Shown here: positions 18,494 to 28,157 of the stretch, one piece after another | How positions within the stretch are numbered: the stretch's first letter is position 1 | Layout: each line of letters begins with the position of its first letter | Assembly: GCA_002506365.1 (NCBI GenBank) | Contig: DAXK01000025.1 | Coordinates: 34,692-98,691, forward strand | Direction of reading: 5' to 3' | From: an archaeon UBA583 | GTDB lineage: Archaea > Nanobdellota > Nanobdellia > Woesearchaeales > UBA583 | DNA: 64,000 nucleotides | The notes under the pieces: generated by a model | The model's database searches: none | What the model was told of the DNA's origin: nothing | Seen by the model: the letters and a program-made list of their open reading frames with translations, nothing else | Made by a program: the position numbers and the translations under genes

Positions 18494-19210
18494 ATGATTA
18501 ATCACATAGGATTTATAATGGACGGTAACAGAAGATTTGCTGCAAAAAACAATATGGACAAAAAACAAGGATATACTCTAGGTTTAGAGCAGTTTATAAA
18601 TTTTGTAAAATATCAAATTAAATATCAAATCAAAGAAACCAGTTATTTCGCACTATCTAGTGACAATTTAGAAAAAAGAGAAAAAACTGAATTAAATATT
18701 TTAAAGAAACTATTGGAAACTCTAACACAAAATCCAGACACAAAAAAATTATTTATTGAAAATAAAATCAAACTTCAAATTAAAGGTTACAATGATAAAA
18801 ATGACAATAAATTAAAAGAATTTGGCATAAATAAATTTCAAAATGAAATTGATGAATGGAACAATAAAAATCAAAATTATGATTTTATCGTAAATATCGC
18901 ATTAAACTATGATGGTCAATTAGAGATTTCTGAAGCTTTTAAAAAAATTCATAATAAAATTCAAAATAATGAACTTACTGTTGAACAAATCACTCCGAAA
19001 ATAATTAAAGAAAATATTTGGTTTAATGGAAATACTCCTGAGATTATCGTAAGGCCTGGAGATGCTCCAAGATTATCAGGATTTATGCTTTGGGATAGTG
19101 AATACTCAGAAATATACTTAACTAAAAAATTATGGCCTGAATTAGACGAAAACGATTTTAAAAACATAATTGAATGGTTCTCAAAACAAAATAGAAATTT
19201 TGGTAAATAA
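18494..19210 (+). CDS. uppS: Cis-prenyltransferase (undecaprenyl diphosphate synthase family)
   Basis: HIGFIMDGNRR, NIALNYDG, RPG...RLSGFMLW, LWPE, RNFGK. Confidence 0.95.
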   Translation: MINHIGFIMDGNRRFAAKNNMDKKQGYTLGLEQFINFVKYQIKYQIKETSYFALSSDNLEKREKTELNILKKLLETLTQNPDTKKLFIENKIKLQIKGYNDKNDNKLKEFGINKFQNEIDEWNNKNQNYDFIVNIALNYDGQLEISEAFKKIHNKIQNNELTVEQITPKIIKENIWFNGNTPEIIVRPGDAPRLSGFMLWDSEYSEIYLTKKLWPELDENDFKNIIEWFSKQNRNFGK

Positions 19211-19268
19211 TTTACATTATAAATTTTAAATAATAAGAATAAAAATAATTTTTATGTGAATAAATTAT

Positions 19269-19583
19269 TTACATATACTTATCTAACCAAGAATCAACAT
19301 CAGGTTCAGAATTTCCTGAATTAACTAATGAAACTTTTAAAGATTCTCTTGGATAGGAATCCTTATACTGATTAATATAATTTTTAGCTTTTTCTTCAGC
19401 ATCAGATAAAGTTGGAGAAAAATTCGCATTTTTATTAACTCCTCCTGAATAGCTCGACATACTCTCAAACTGACTTTCTTTTTTCTTTTTAATTCTAATA
19501 AACCCAATAACAATTGCTAAAAAACCAGGTATAACAATTATCAATAATTTTGTAAGTTCAGATAACTCATTCCAACCAGCCAT
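19269..19583 (-). CDS. Small single-TM protein with C-terminal helical domain
   Basis: TM LLIIVIPGFLAIVIGFI; C-terminal YINQYK..YPRESLKVSLVNSG; directly follows gap. Confidence 0.75.
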   Translation of the reverse strand: MAGWNELSELTKLLIIVIPGFLAIVIGFIRIKKKKESQFESMSSYSGGVNKNANFSPTLSDAEEKAKNYINQYKDSYPRESLKVSLVNSGNSEPDVDSWLDKYM

Positions 19584-19584
19584 A

Positions 19585-20628
19585 TTACTTTTTAGAAATT
19601 ACTTTCATAACCTCCACCATTCTATTAGAGAATCCCCACTCATTATCATACCAAACAACTAATTTTAACATATTACCTCCAACAACTTCAGTGCATAAAC
19701 CATCAACAATTCCTGAATGTGGATTTCCAATAATATCAGATGAAACTAATTCATCCTCAGAATATTCAACAACTCCATTTAATTTATTTAAAGATAATTT
19801 CTTTAAAAATTCATTAATTTCATCTTTAGTAACATCTTTATTTAATTCTAAATTTAAATCAGTAACACTACCATCAATTGTTGGAACTCTATAAGCAATT
19901 CCATGTAATTTCCCTTCCAGTTCAGGAATTAAACGAATTACAGCTTTTGCAGCCCCAGTTGTAGTAGGAACAATATTAAATGGTGCAGCTCTCCCCCTTC
20001 TTAAATTAGAATGAGTTGCATCTAAAATTCTTTGATCACCAGTAACTGAATGAATTGTTGCAAACATTCCTTTTTTAATTCCAAATTTTTTATTAATCTC
20101 ATTAACAATTGCTGACATTGAATTAGTTGTACAACTTCCATTTGAAACAATATCTTGATTATCATACTCATAATCATTAACTCCACGAACAAAATAAAAA
20201 CAATCTCCTTTAGCTGGCGCAGATAATAACATTTTCTTAGCTCCTTGTTTTAAATGAACTCTAGCATCAGCAACTTTTGTAAACATTCCCGTACACTCAC
20301 AAACAACATCCACATCTAATTCCCCCCAAGGTAAATTATTAACAAATCTTTCTTGTAAAACTTTAATTTTTTTAGTTCCTACAACTAAATACTCGCCATC
20401 AACAGAAACTGGAACATCAAAAGTTCCCTGCGCTGTATCATGTTTTAAATAATAAGCACACGCATTAACATCTGATAAATCATTAATAGCCACAAATTCA
20501 ACATTTGGATCATGATATCCAGCTCTTAAAATCATTCTACCAATTCTTCCAAATCCATTAATTGCAATTCTTACTTTTTTATTAGAAGAAATTTCTTTTT
20601 TAACTTTTTTTAAATCTACATCACTCAT
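19585..20628 (-). CDS. gap: Glyceraldehyde-3-phosphate dehydrogenase, type I (bacterial-type)
   Basis: IAINGFGRIGR, SNGSCTTN, TTTGAAKAV, RVPT, WYDNEWGFS; start could be 20628 or 20643. Confidence 0.95.
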   Translation of the reverse strand: MSDVDLKKVKKEISSNKKVRIAINGFGRIGRMILRAGYHDPNVEFVAINDLSDVNACAYYLKHDTAQGTFDVPVSVDGEYLVVGTKKIKVLQERFVNNLPWGELDVDVVCECTGMFTKVADARVHLKQGAKKMLLSAPAKGDCFYFVRGVNDYEYDNQDIVSNGSCTTNSMSAIVNEINKKFGIKKGMFATIHSVTGDQRILDATHSNLRRGRAAPFNIVPTTTGAAKAVIRLIPELEGKLHGIAYRVPTIDGSVTDLNLELNKDVTKDEINEFLKKLSLNKLNGVVEYSEDELVSSDIIGNPHSGIVDGLCTEVVGGNMLKLVVWYDNEWGFSNRMVEVMKVISKK

Positions 20629-20761
20629 ACAATTTTTATACAAATAACCTAATTAATAATTTATAATCTTTTAATAGTGAGTATAGAATTTAAATTAAAA
20701 AAATACAACACAATTCAAAACATTTATAAGTGAATAATAACTATTTTTAATATCAGGTAAT

Positions 20762-20836
20762 GACCACATTAGTGTAACCTGGTTAGCACCTATGGTTGTG
20801 GCTCATAGAGTCCGGGTTCAAATCCCGGGTGTGGTC
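20762..20836 (+). tRNA. tRNA-His (GTG) with genome-encoded G-1
   Basis: G-ACCACAT/GTGTGGT-C acceptor, anticodon loop TTGTGGC, T arm CCGGG-TTCAAAT-CCCGG. Confidence 0.95.
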
Positions 20837-21018
20837 CTTAATCGAAACATTAGTTTCAAAAAAGATAACACGCCACAAATAAGATTAAATCAAAAAGATT
20901 TAAACTTTTTTAAATTCTAAATAAAAATTAAATAACTAAAAAACAAATTATACTATTTTAAATTATTCTAAAAATAAAATTAGATATCTTAATAAACAAA
21001 AATAAGTTATTTATTTCT

Positions 21019-21579
21019 ATGAGACATCACAGTCACAAAGATAAAACTGAAAGATTTTTAATTGATTTTGAAGAAACATCTCCAACAGTAATGCTTGGAC
21101 TTATGGTTATATCACTTGGACTTTATTCTATTATTTGGATTTATATCACAAATAAACAACTTGAAGACCACGACAAACACGCACCTGAAAGTTCCAGAGG
21201 AATCTCAGTTATGGCAATTTTACCACTTATTTGGTTTTTTTTAACCTCATTAATTGAGAATAAATTATTAACTACATCAATCCCATTATTATATACAATT
21301 TTAAAAATAGGTGTATGGGGATTTATCTTTTTTTTAATTATTAAATTTTTAATGGATTTTGTTCAATCATTCACAAATATTACTAAAAGTCAACCATTCA
21401 TTTGGAATTCATTAAATATAATCGGAATTATCGGATTACTCGGATTAATCCTACATAAACCATATATGTATCCATTTTTAATTGGAATTATATTTTCAGT
21501 AATTGGAATGCAAACAGAATTAAACTCATTATTAAAAAGTCACAACATTAAAAAAGTTGGTAGTAATTATTACAAATAA
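21019..21579 (+). CDS. Multi-pass membrane protein (DUF4234-like N-terminus)
   Basis: ISLGLYSIIWIYITNKQL motif, about 5 TM segments, QTELN near the C-terminus. Confidence 0.7.
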   Translation: MRHHSHKDKTERFLIDFEETSPTVMLGLMVISLGLYSIIWIYITNKQLEDHDKHAPESSRGISVMAILPLIWFFLTSLIENKLLTTSIPLLYTILKIGVWGFIFFLIIKFLMDFVQSFTNITKSQPFIWNSLNIIGIIGLLGLILHKPYMYPFLIGIIFSVIGMQTELNSLLKSHNIKKVGSNYYK

Positions 21580-21585
21580 ATTAAA

Positions 21586-21765
21586 ATGTCATATAAACTA
21601 ATATTACCTCACGAGTTTATTGACTCAGATGATTTCAATTATGTATATATAATATTAATAATTACAATAATTCTTACAACATACATTCTTCAATTTTTCA
21701 TAGAATTAAAAGATATAATTATTTTATCAATTATACTTTTTTTAATAACAAAATACACTAAATAA
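21586..21765 (+). CDS. Small membrane protein, 59 aa
   Basis: Below the ORF-track cutoff; MSYKLILPHEFIDSDDFNYVYIILIITIILTTYILQFFIELKDIIILSIILFLITKYTK fills the gap between flanking genes. Confidence 0.55.
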   Translation: MSYKLILPHEFIDSDDFNYVYIILIITIILTTYILQFFIELKDIIILSIILFLITKYTK

Positions 21766-21772
21766 AATATAA

Positions 21773-22609
21773 TTAATCATAATTTTTTGTAGGAATAATC
21801 ACCTTTGAACATCCAATACTACTCCCGCCATTTGTAAAATTAATATTTCTTTGAGCATTAAATTCCCCATACTCTTCAAATTTTTCAATATACACACCAG
21901 AAAATCCATCAATTGAAGAATCTGCAATTAAATAATTAATTAATGAACTCCCATAAATTCCAAAAAAACGTGAAACCGTAGAAGTGAAACTCTCGGTGGC
22001 TTCTGCATAGATTGAACCTTCTGAATCAAATTTAGGTTTATACGCATAACCCAAAACCCTTAAATATTCTCCTTGCTCAACATTTGACATTAAACCTTTT
22101 GAACTTAAAAAAATTTTATTAGTATTAACCATCTCAGACTCATTATTAAATAAACTTCTATACCTATCCTCAATTAACATTTTAGAAAATTTAATATTAA
22201 AATTATCTATGTCCTCAACTACTTTAACAAATCCACAATGAATACACACAGATTTATCCTCAATCCCAGCACCAAAAAAATCTTTACCAGCACCAATTTC
22301 ACTATAACAATTAGTAAGTAATTTTGCAGTATCAGACATTTTAGTTTGAGATAACTCAACATCCTTAGACGGACAAATATCACTAACAGAAGTTAATAAT
22401 AATGAAGTAATTGTATCTAATCCACCTCCAAAATATTTTGGTTTCCCATCCAAATTTGAAACAAAAAAATTACACACATTAACCTCAGAATCATAAGAAT
22501 CATTCAAAAAATCATAAACAAAAAAAATCATCAAAATTAAAATTATAACTCCCAATAAAACTTCTATTAGTTGAGTAAATTTCAAATCTCCTTTTTTATA
22601 ATATTTCAT
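21773..22609 (-). CDS. Class III signal peptide (pilin-like) protein, Cys-containing
   Basis: MKYYKKG|DLKFTQLIEVLLGVIILILMIFFV; Cys motifs VCN, ICP, NCY, CIHCG. Confidence 0.75.
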   Translation of the reverse strand: MKYYKKGDLKFTQLIEVLLGVIILILMIFFVYDFLNDSYDSEVNVCNFFVSNLDGKPKYFGGGLDTITSLLLTSVSDICPSKDVELSQTKMSDTAKLLTNCYSEIGAGKDFFGAGIEDKSVCIHCGFVKVVEDIDNFNIKFSKMLIEDRYRSLFNNESEMVNTNKIFLSSKGLMSNVEQGEYLRVLGYAYKPKFDSEGSIYAEATESFTSTVSRFFGIYGSSLINYLIADSSIDGFSGVYIEKFEEYGEFNAQRNINFTNGGSSIGCSKVIIPTKNYD

Positions 22610-22624
22610 TTTTAATAACTAAAT

Positions 22625-24142
22625 TTAATCCTCAACATCAAATAATTTTTTAGCAATTTGTTTTGAATCAAAAACAATTAAATCATCATAAGTTTGACCA
22701 ACACCTAAAAAATAAATTGGTTTATCAATTGAATAAGCAGTCGTTACAACACTCCCCGGTTTCTCATCAGTATCAACCTTAGTTAAAATTGTCCCATCAA
22801 CTTTAACTCCTTGATTAAATAAATTAATTTGATCAATCAAATCATTTCCAGAAACTGAATCTCCAACAAAAATTGCCATATCTGATTTTGAAACTCTCTT
22901 AACTTTTTCAAGTTCCATCATTAAATTAGAATTATTTGGCATACGCCCAGCAGTATCAATTAAAACTACATCAATCTTTTTAGCTTTAGCATGTTCAATT
23001 GCATCATACGCAACTGCAGCTGGATCTCCCCCACCCTTATGCATAATTAATTTAAAATCAAGAGCCTTTGAATGTTCTTCTAATTGTTCAACAGCAGCAG
23101 CCCTAAATGTATCTGCAGCAGCAACTACAACAGACTTATTATTATTTTGTAAATACTTTACAATCTTTGCAATAGTTGTAGTCTTACCAGTCCCATTAAC
23201 TCCTAAAACTAAAATTTTAACAGGTTCATCAGAACTAAAAGAATTTAATTTATCTAAAAAACTAGACTCATGTTTTTTTAAAACTTCTTCAACTTCACTC
23301 TCCAAAACTTCACGAATTTTTTCCGACAATTTAAACCTATTAAAAGATTTTCCAACCAATTCAGTTTTCAACTTTCTTTCAACTTTTTCAACAATTTCAA
23401 AAGCAATATTAATCTCTAATAAAAACATTTGTAGTTCAACCCAAATATTATCAAAATCATCAGATGAAATAGTTTTTGCTTTTAACTTTGAAAAAAAACC
23501 ACTACTAGATTCATTCTCAGCATCAAAAACTTTTTTTTTTGTTTCCTCAAAAACTTCTTCAACTGATTCATTTGGAATTTCATGAACTTTATCTAAATTT
23601 TCACCTTCAACTTCAGATTCTAATTCCTCTGAAATTTCATCCATTTTTGAAGAATCAGAAATATCAGACATTACATCCTCCTCTAATTTTTCTTCAACTT
23701 TTTCTTTTTCTTCTAATTCAGATATATTTTCAGAAACTTCTTTTTTAGATAAATCATGATGTTCCTTAATTGCTGATTTTTCAGATTCAGATACATCTTC
23801 AAGCATCTCATCCTCAACCTTTTCCAATTCTTCTACATCTTTTTTATCCTCATCTTCCTTATCAGATGATCCAAAAATTCGCCCCAAAAATCCTTTCTTT
23901 TTAGGTTCCTCAATATCCTCTTCTTTTAAAATATGATCTTCAGAAACTTCAAATTCATCTACAGATTCATCTCCACTAGAACTTTTAACTTCATTTTCAA
24001 TTTCTTTATCAATTTCTTCTAATTTAGGTGTTTTAGGAATTGATTCAACTTCAACCTCCTCAACTGTATCATGATTATCTTCAACATAATCTTCAGAACT
24101 TTTGAAAACATTTTTCAGTTTCCCTTTAATTTTACCAAACAT
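22625..24142 (-). CDS. ftsY: Signal recognition particle receptor FtsY with long acidic N-terminal region
   Basis: GVNGTGKTTT, DTFRAAA, DTAGR, TKVD, GVGQTYDDL. Confidence 0.96.
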   Translation of the reverse strand: MFGKIKGKLKNVFKSSEDYVEDNHDTVEEVEVESIPKTPKLEEIDKEIENEVKSSSGDESVDEFEVSEDHILKEEDIEEPKKKGFLGRIFGSSDKEDEDKKDVEELEKVEDEMLEDVSESEKSAIKEHHDLSKKEVSENISELEEKEKVEEKLEEDVMSDISDSSKMDEISEELESEVEGENLDKVHEIPNESVEEVFEETKKKVFDAENESSSGFFSKLKAKTISSDDFDNIWVELQMFLLEINIAFEIVEKVERKLKTELVGKSFNRFKLSEKIREVLESEVEEVLKKHESSFLDKLNSFSSDEPVKILVLGVNGTGKTTTIAKIVKYLQNNNKSVVVAAADTFRAAAVEQLEEHSKALDFKLIMHKGGGDPAAVAYDAIEHAKAKKIDVVLIDTAGRMPNNSNLMMELEKVKRVSKSDMAIFVGDSVSGNDLIDQINLFNQGVKVDGTILTKVDTDEKPGSVVTTAYSIDKPIYFLGVGQTYDDLIVFDSKQIAKKLFDVED

Positions 24143-24201
24143 ACTAAAAATATAACTTTAAACTTTAAAAACTTTAAGTGTAACTAAATATAATATTAAT
24201 A

Positions 24202-24876
24202 TTATTTATATCTATTTAATTCATCACCAGCTAAAACTAAATGGTGTAACTCAACAGGCCTCCACTCATCAAAAACTAAATCAGCTGAAAGCCACCCACA
24301 AATTTCATCCGCATTTCCAATTGTAGCTGATAACCCAATAATTCTAATATTAGAATATTTTGCTTTAAAAATTGATAATAAAACTTCTAAAGTAGCACCC
24401 CTAGACTCATCATTAATTAAATGAACTTCATCTGCAATAACTAAACCTACATCATCTAAAAAATGACGTGAATGTCTAATCATACTATCTAATTTCTCAG
24501 AAGTTAACATTAAAACATCAAACTCATTTGCAAATCTTTCATCAGTTGCATCTCCAACAGAAATTTTTACACTAAAATCTTCGCCGTAAGTTTCTTTAAA
24601 TTCCCTATACTTTTCACTAGCTAAAGCTTTTAATGGCACAACATACAAAACTCTCTTTTTTTTATTTAAAATAGTATCAAGCATTGCTAATTCTGCAACT
24701 AAAGTTTTCCCCGAACCAGTCGGAGTACAAACAATTTGATTGTTAGAATTAGAAAATAAACCTTTTTCAATTGATTTAATCTGTGATGGTCTAAACTCTA
24801 AAATTCCTTGTTTTTTTAAAATATCTCCAATATTCTCAGGAATCTTAGAAAAAATATTATCATTATTTTTAGTCAT
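24202..24876 (-). CDS. Ski2/Hel308-like helicase, first RecA domain only
   Basis: Q motif FRPSQ, PTGSGKT, VPLKALASEK, TSEKLDS, DEVH, LSATIGN, WRPV, then stop. Confidence 0.85.
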   Translation of the reverse strand: MTKNNDNIFSKIPENIGDILKKQGILEFRPSQIKSIEKGLFSNSNNQIVCTPTGSGKTLVAELAMLDTILNKKKRVLYVVPLKALASEKYREFKETYGEDFSVKISVGDATDERFANEFDVLMLTSEKLDSMIRHSRHFLDDVGLVIADEVHLINDESRGATLEVLLSIFKAKYSNIRIIGLSATIGNADEICGWLSADLVFDEWRPVELHHLVLAGDELNRYK

Positions 24877-24999
24877 ACAACTAACTAAGCACTAAAAGTT
24901 TAAATATTTAACCTAATAAATATAAAGTTAAAAAACCATAAATAAATGCTAAAAATGAAATAAAAATATTTCATTTTTTAAAATATTAATAATTTAAAA

Positions 25000-25107
25000 A
25001 TGGAAACAGAAAATGTTAAAAATTGCGATAACTGTGGTGAAGAAAATTTGTTAACAAATTTAAAAGTAAGTTTAGGAGGAATGAAATTATGCCCTACATG
25101 TGAATAA
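25000..25107 (+). CDS. Zinc-finger microprotein 1 (35 aa)
   Basis: METENVKNCDNCGEENLLTNLKVSLGGMKLCPTCE; CxxC-x18-CxxC. Confidence 0.75.
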   Translation: METENVKNCDNCGEENLLTNLKVSLGGMKLCPTCE

Positions 25108-25161
25108 ATTATTATTATTCAAACATTTTTAAAATAAACTAAAAAAATCAAACTAAAAAAA

Positions 25162-25281
25162 ATGGAACACGAAATGAAACAATGTGATAAATGCGAAAGA
25201 CTAGTAAATATTCAAGACCTTAAACAAATTGAGGATAAAAGTGTTTGTAAAGATTGTCAAACAACTAAAAAACTAAATTAA
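25162..25281 (+). CDS. Zinc-finger microprotein 2 (39 aa)
   Basis: MEHEMKQCDKCERLVNIQDLKQIEDKSVCKDCQTTKKLN; CxxC-x17-CxxC. Confidence 0.75.
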   Translation: MEHEMKQCDKCERLVNIQDLKQIEDKSVCKDCQTTKKLN

Positions 25282-25414
25282 TTAATCAATATTATGTGAA
25301 ATAATAATTTTATATATTATTTTATTTAAAATAAAAACTGAAACAAAAATAAATAAATAATTCTAAAAAATCAACCTCAATAATATATAGTTAATTCTAC
25401 TACTTTTAATTACA

Positions 25415-25519
25415 ATGAAACAAATAGACAAAGTATGCGAAGATTGCGGGAAAACTTTTAAAGTGGCTCAGAAAGAATTATTTAAAACTAAAATTTGTAT
25501 GCCCTGTTTAAACAATTAA
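25415..25519 (+). CDS. Zinc-finger microprotein 3 (34 aa)
   Basis: MKQIDKVCEDCGKTFKVAQKELFKTKICMPCLNN; CxxC-x16-CxxC. Confidence 0.75.
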   Translation: MKQIDKVCEDCGKTFKVAQKELFKTKICMPCLNN

Positions 25520-25614
25520 TTATAATTGCTTAAATTCTAAAACTACTACCTTAAATAATAAAATAATTAAAATAATTATACTAAAATATAATATAAAAAT
25601 AATTAAAATCTCAT

Positions 25615-26169
25615 TTAATTAAATTTAATATTATACTTTTTCTCAAAAATATTAAAAACAAATTCATAAAAACTTTCATTATTTGGAACAAATTTATTCT
25701 CATTCTCAAAATAAAATCTTTTTAAATCAACTAACTTAATTTTTTCAAGTTTTGAAACTTCATCATTTAAAATAAAATTAAACTTATCTCCAAAAACAAA
25801 ATAAGTATGTCTAAATTCATTCTCAAACCAACCACAATTTAACTCTTGTTTAAACCTAAAAATAAATTCCTCACCCAATTCATCTTCGCTAAAATCTAAA
25901 CCAACTTCCTCAATACATTCCCTAACAGCTCCTTGACGACCACTCTCCCCAGTATCAACATGACCTCCAACACACACATCATACTTTCCAGGATGACGAA
26001 CATTATCTCCACGAACTTGAAAATACACATAACCATTTTCAATAACCCAAATATTTGCTGCTCTATGACATAAATTATTTTCATGTAAATCAAAATAATC
26101 TGTAGTTTTTCCAGTAGGTTTATTATTTTCATCAACAATATCAATATCTGCATAAACTTGTTTTTCCAT
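25615..26169 (-). CDS. Nudix hydrolase, IDI type 1/YfcD-like
   Basis: DIVDENN, HRAANIWV, QVR...PGKYD..VGGHVDTGE...RECIEEVG. Confidence 0.85.
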   Translation of the reverse strand: MEKQVYADIDIVDENNKPTGKTTDYFDLHENNLCHRAANIWVIENGYVYFQVRGDNVRHPGKYDVCVGGHVDTGESGRQGAVRECIEEVGLDFSEDELGEEFIFRFKQELNCGWFENEFRHTYFVFGDKFNFILNDEVSKLEKIKLVDLKRFYFENENKFVPNNESFYEFVFNIFEKKYNIKFN

Positions 26170-26212
26170 TTTTAAAAATATAACAAAAAAATAAATAATT
26201 ATTCTAAAATAA

Positions 26213-28123
26213 TTACATATTTTTCTTTAATAATGATGAAATTAATTTTCCATCAACTGCTCCAGCAAACTCCTTCATACACATTCCCATAACTGCACCA
26301 AATGGAGCTCCATTTGCTTTTAAAATAATCTCTTTAATTTTCTCTTCAACAGCTACTTCATCAACTGGCTCAGAAATTAAATTATTTTTTTCCAAATAAT
26401 CTTGTAAATTAGAAACCTCATTTAATCTGTCCTTATACAAAGATACAAAAATATCTCTAATTGAATTTTGATTAAAATTATTTTCCTTAATTGACTTTGC
26501 TAAATCTAACATTAAAGAATACTTAAAATCAACTGGTTCAATTTTATCTCTTTTTTTAATATCTTTAGCAAGGTCAAAAATAATTGAATACAATGCAGTC
26601 CCAGTTTTTGAAGATTCACTAATTAAAGAACTAACTTGCTCTTCAGAATACTTATCTAAAAAATCAACAACCTTTGAATTATCAACCCCAAAAGATTTAG
26701 ATAATCTATCAAGTTTTGTTGAATACAATTCAGGAATTGAAATTTCATCAACTAACTCAGAATCAAACTCAATTGTTTGAACATCAGTTTCTGGATACAT
26801 ACGAGCAGAACCAGGCATAGGTCTTGAAAATTTAGTAACTGTTCCCTTAGGATCAACTTGTCTAACTTCTTCTTCAACTGAACTAATTAATTGATTAATA
26901 ATATCTAACACATTATTTAATGATTTCTCAGCAATATTTTTCTCATTACAAATTAAAATAAATCCATCTTTTTCAGTAGTTCCAATTGAAGTTTTTACAC
27001 TCTCAACTTCCTCTGGAGTTATCCCATATTTAGGTAACTCATCTGAATGAAATAACCCCTTAATCATTGGAAAATGTTTTTTATTTCTATCTGAAACTTC
27101 ACTAGCAAATCTATGATTTTCTTGTAATTCATGACCTAAAATTCCTGTAAAATTATCTAACTTAATTGCTAAAACACTTGAATTTTTAATTTCTAAATTT
27201 GTTTTAACAACAGCAGATTCAGTATCTTTAAAAATTGAAGTCACATCAAAAATTTCTGAAGTTACTTTTTGAACTCCTCTAGATTTTAATTCATCAATAA
27301 TAGATAAATGAATTTTTTGTCTTCTCATCTCATCCTTTAAAATTTCAGGAATTAATTTTAAATTTTGAGTTCCCTTAATCTCAACTCTAGCTCCACCAAT
27401 AATTGAAACATTTAAATCTTGTCTAATTGTTCCAAGTCCACGTCTTGTTTGTTTAAAACTTCTTAAAATATCTCCAATAACAGTAGCTGCTTCTAAAGCT
27501 TGTTCCGGTGAATAAATTTGAGGTCCAGTTGTAACCTCAATTAAAGGAATTCCTTGTCTATCTAAACTATAAACATTATGTGAATCAAATCTTTCAATAG
27601 CCCGACAAGAATCCTCTTCTAAATTAATTCCTAAAATTTCAATTTTACCTTGTGAAGTTTCAAAATATCCACCTTGACCAACCATAGCAGTTCTTTGAAA
27701 ACCAGTTGTCACAGACCCATCAATAATTAACTTCCTCATAAATTGAACTTTATCAAAAAACTTTAAATTAAACATCTTACTAACTCCAATCACAGCATCA
27801 AGAGCAGGTTTACTAGGTCCTTTTGGAGGTTCCTCATCTAAATCCACTAAACACGCAATTTCATCATTAAAAATATACTCATTAAATTTTCCTTTCTTAA
27901 ATTCAGCTAAAGCAGCAACATCAATAGTTCCACTCTCCCCAGTTGAAAATCTTAATCTTCTTGAAATTTTTTTATCAAAAGAATCATTAGGCATAACATT
28001 ACAAGGACAGCAGCAAAATAGTTTTCCACTATTTAATTGTTGATGAATTTCTAAACCACAAAGCAGTCCCATTGCCTTATAATCTAACTCTTTTAAATCA
28101 TCTCTAAAAATTAATTTACTCAT
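26213..28123 (-). CDS. gatE: Glu-tRNA(Gln) amidotransferase subunit E
   Basis: GLEIHQQL, MRKLIIDGSVTTGFQRT, LDRQGIPLIEV, RRGLGTIRQDLNVSI, RPMPGSARMYPETD. Confidence 0.97.
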   Translation of the reverse strand: MSKLIFRDDLKELDYKAMGLLCGLEIHQQLNSGKLFCCCPCNVMPNDSFDKKISRRLRFSTGESGTIDVAALAEFKKGKFNEYIFNDEIACLVDLDEEPPKGPSKPALDAVIGVSKMFNLKFFDKVQFMRKLIIDGSVTTGFQRTAMVGQGGYFETSQGKIEILGINLEEDSCRAIERFDSHNVYSLDRQGIPLIEVTTGPQIYSPEQALEAATVIGDILRSFKQTRRGLGTIRQDLNVSIIGGARVEIKGTQNLKLIPEILKDEMRRQKIHLSIIDELKSRGVQKVTSEIFDVTSIFKDTESAVVKTNLEIKNSSVLAIKLDNFTGILGHELQENHRFASEVSDRNKKHFPMIKGLFHSDELPKYGITPEEVESVKTSIGTTEKDGFILICNEKNIAEKSLNNVLDIINQLISSVEEEVRQVDPKGTVTKFSRPMPGSARMYPETDVQTIEFDSELVDEISIPELYSTKLDRLSKSFGVDNSKVVDFLDKYSEEQVSSLISESSKTGTALYSIIFDLAKDIKKRDKIEPVDFKYSLMLDLAKSIKENNFNQNSIRDIFVSLYKDRLNEVSNLQDYLEKNNLISEPVDEVAVEEKIKEIILKANGAPFGAVMGMCMKEFAGAVDGKLISSLLKKNM

Positions 28124-28157
28124 AAAATATCAAAGCCCATCATATTTATATAGTTTA

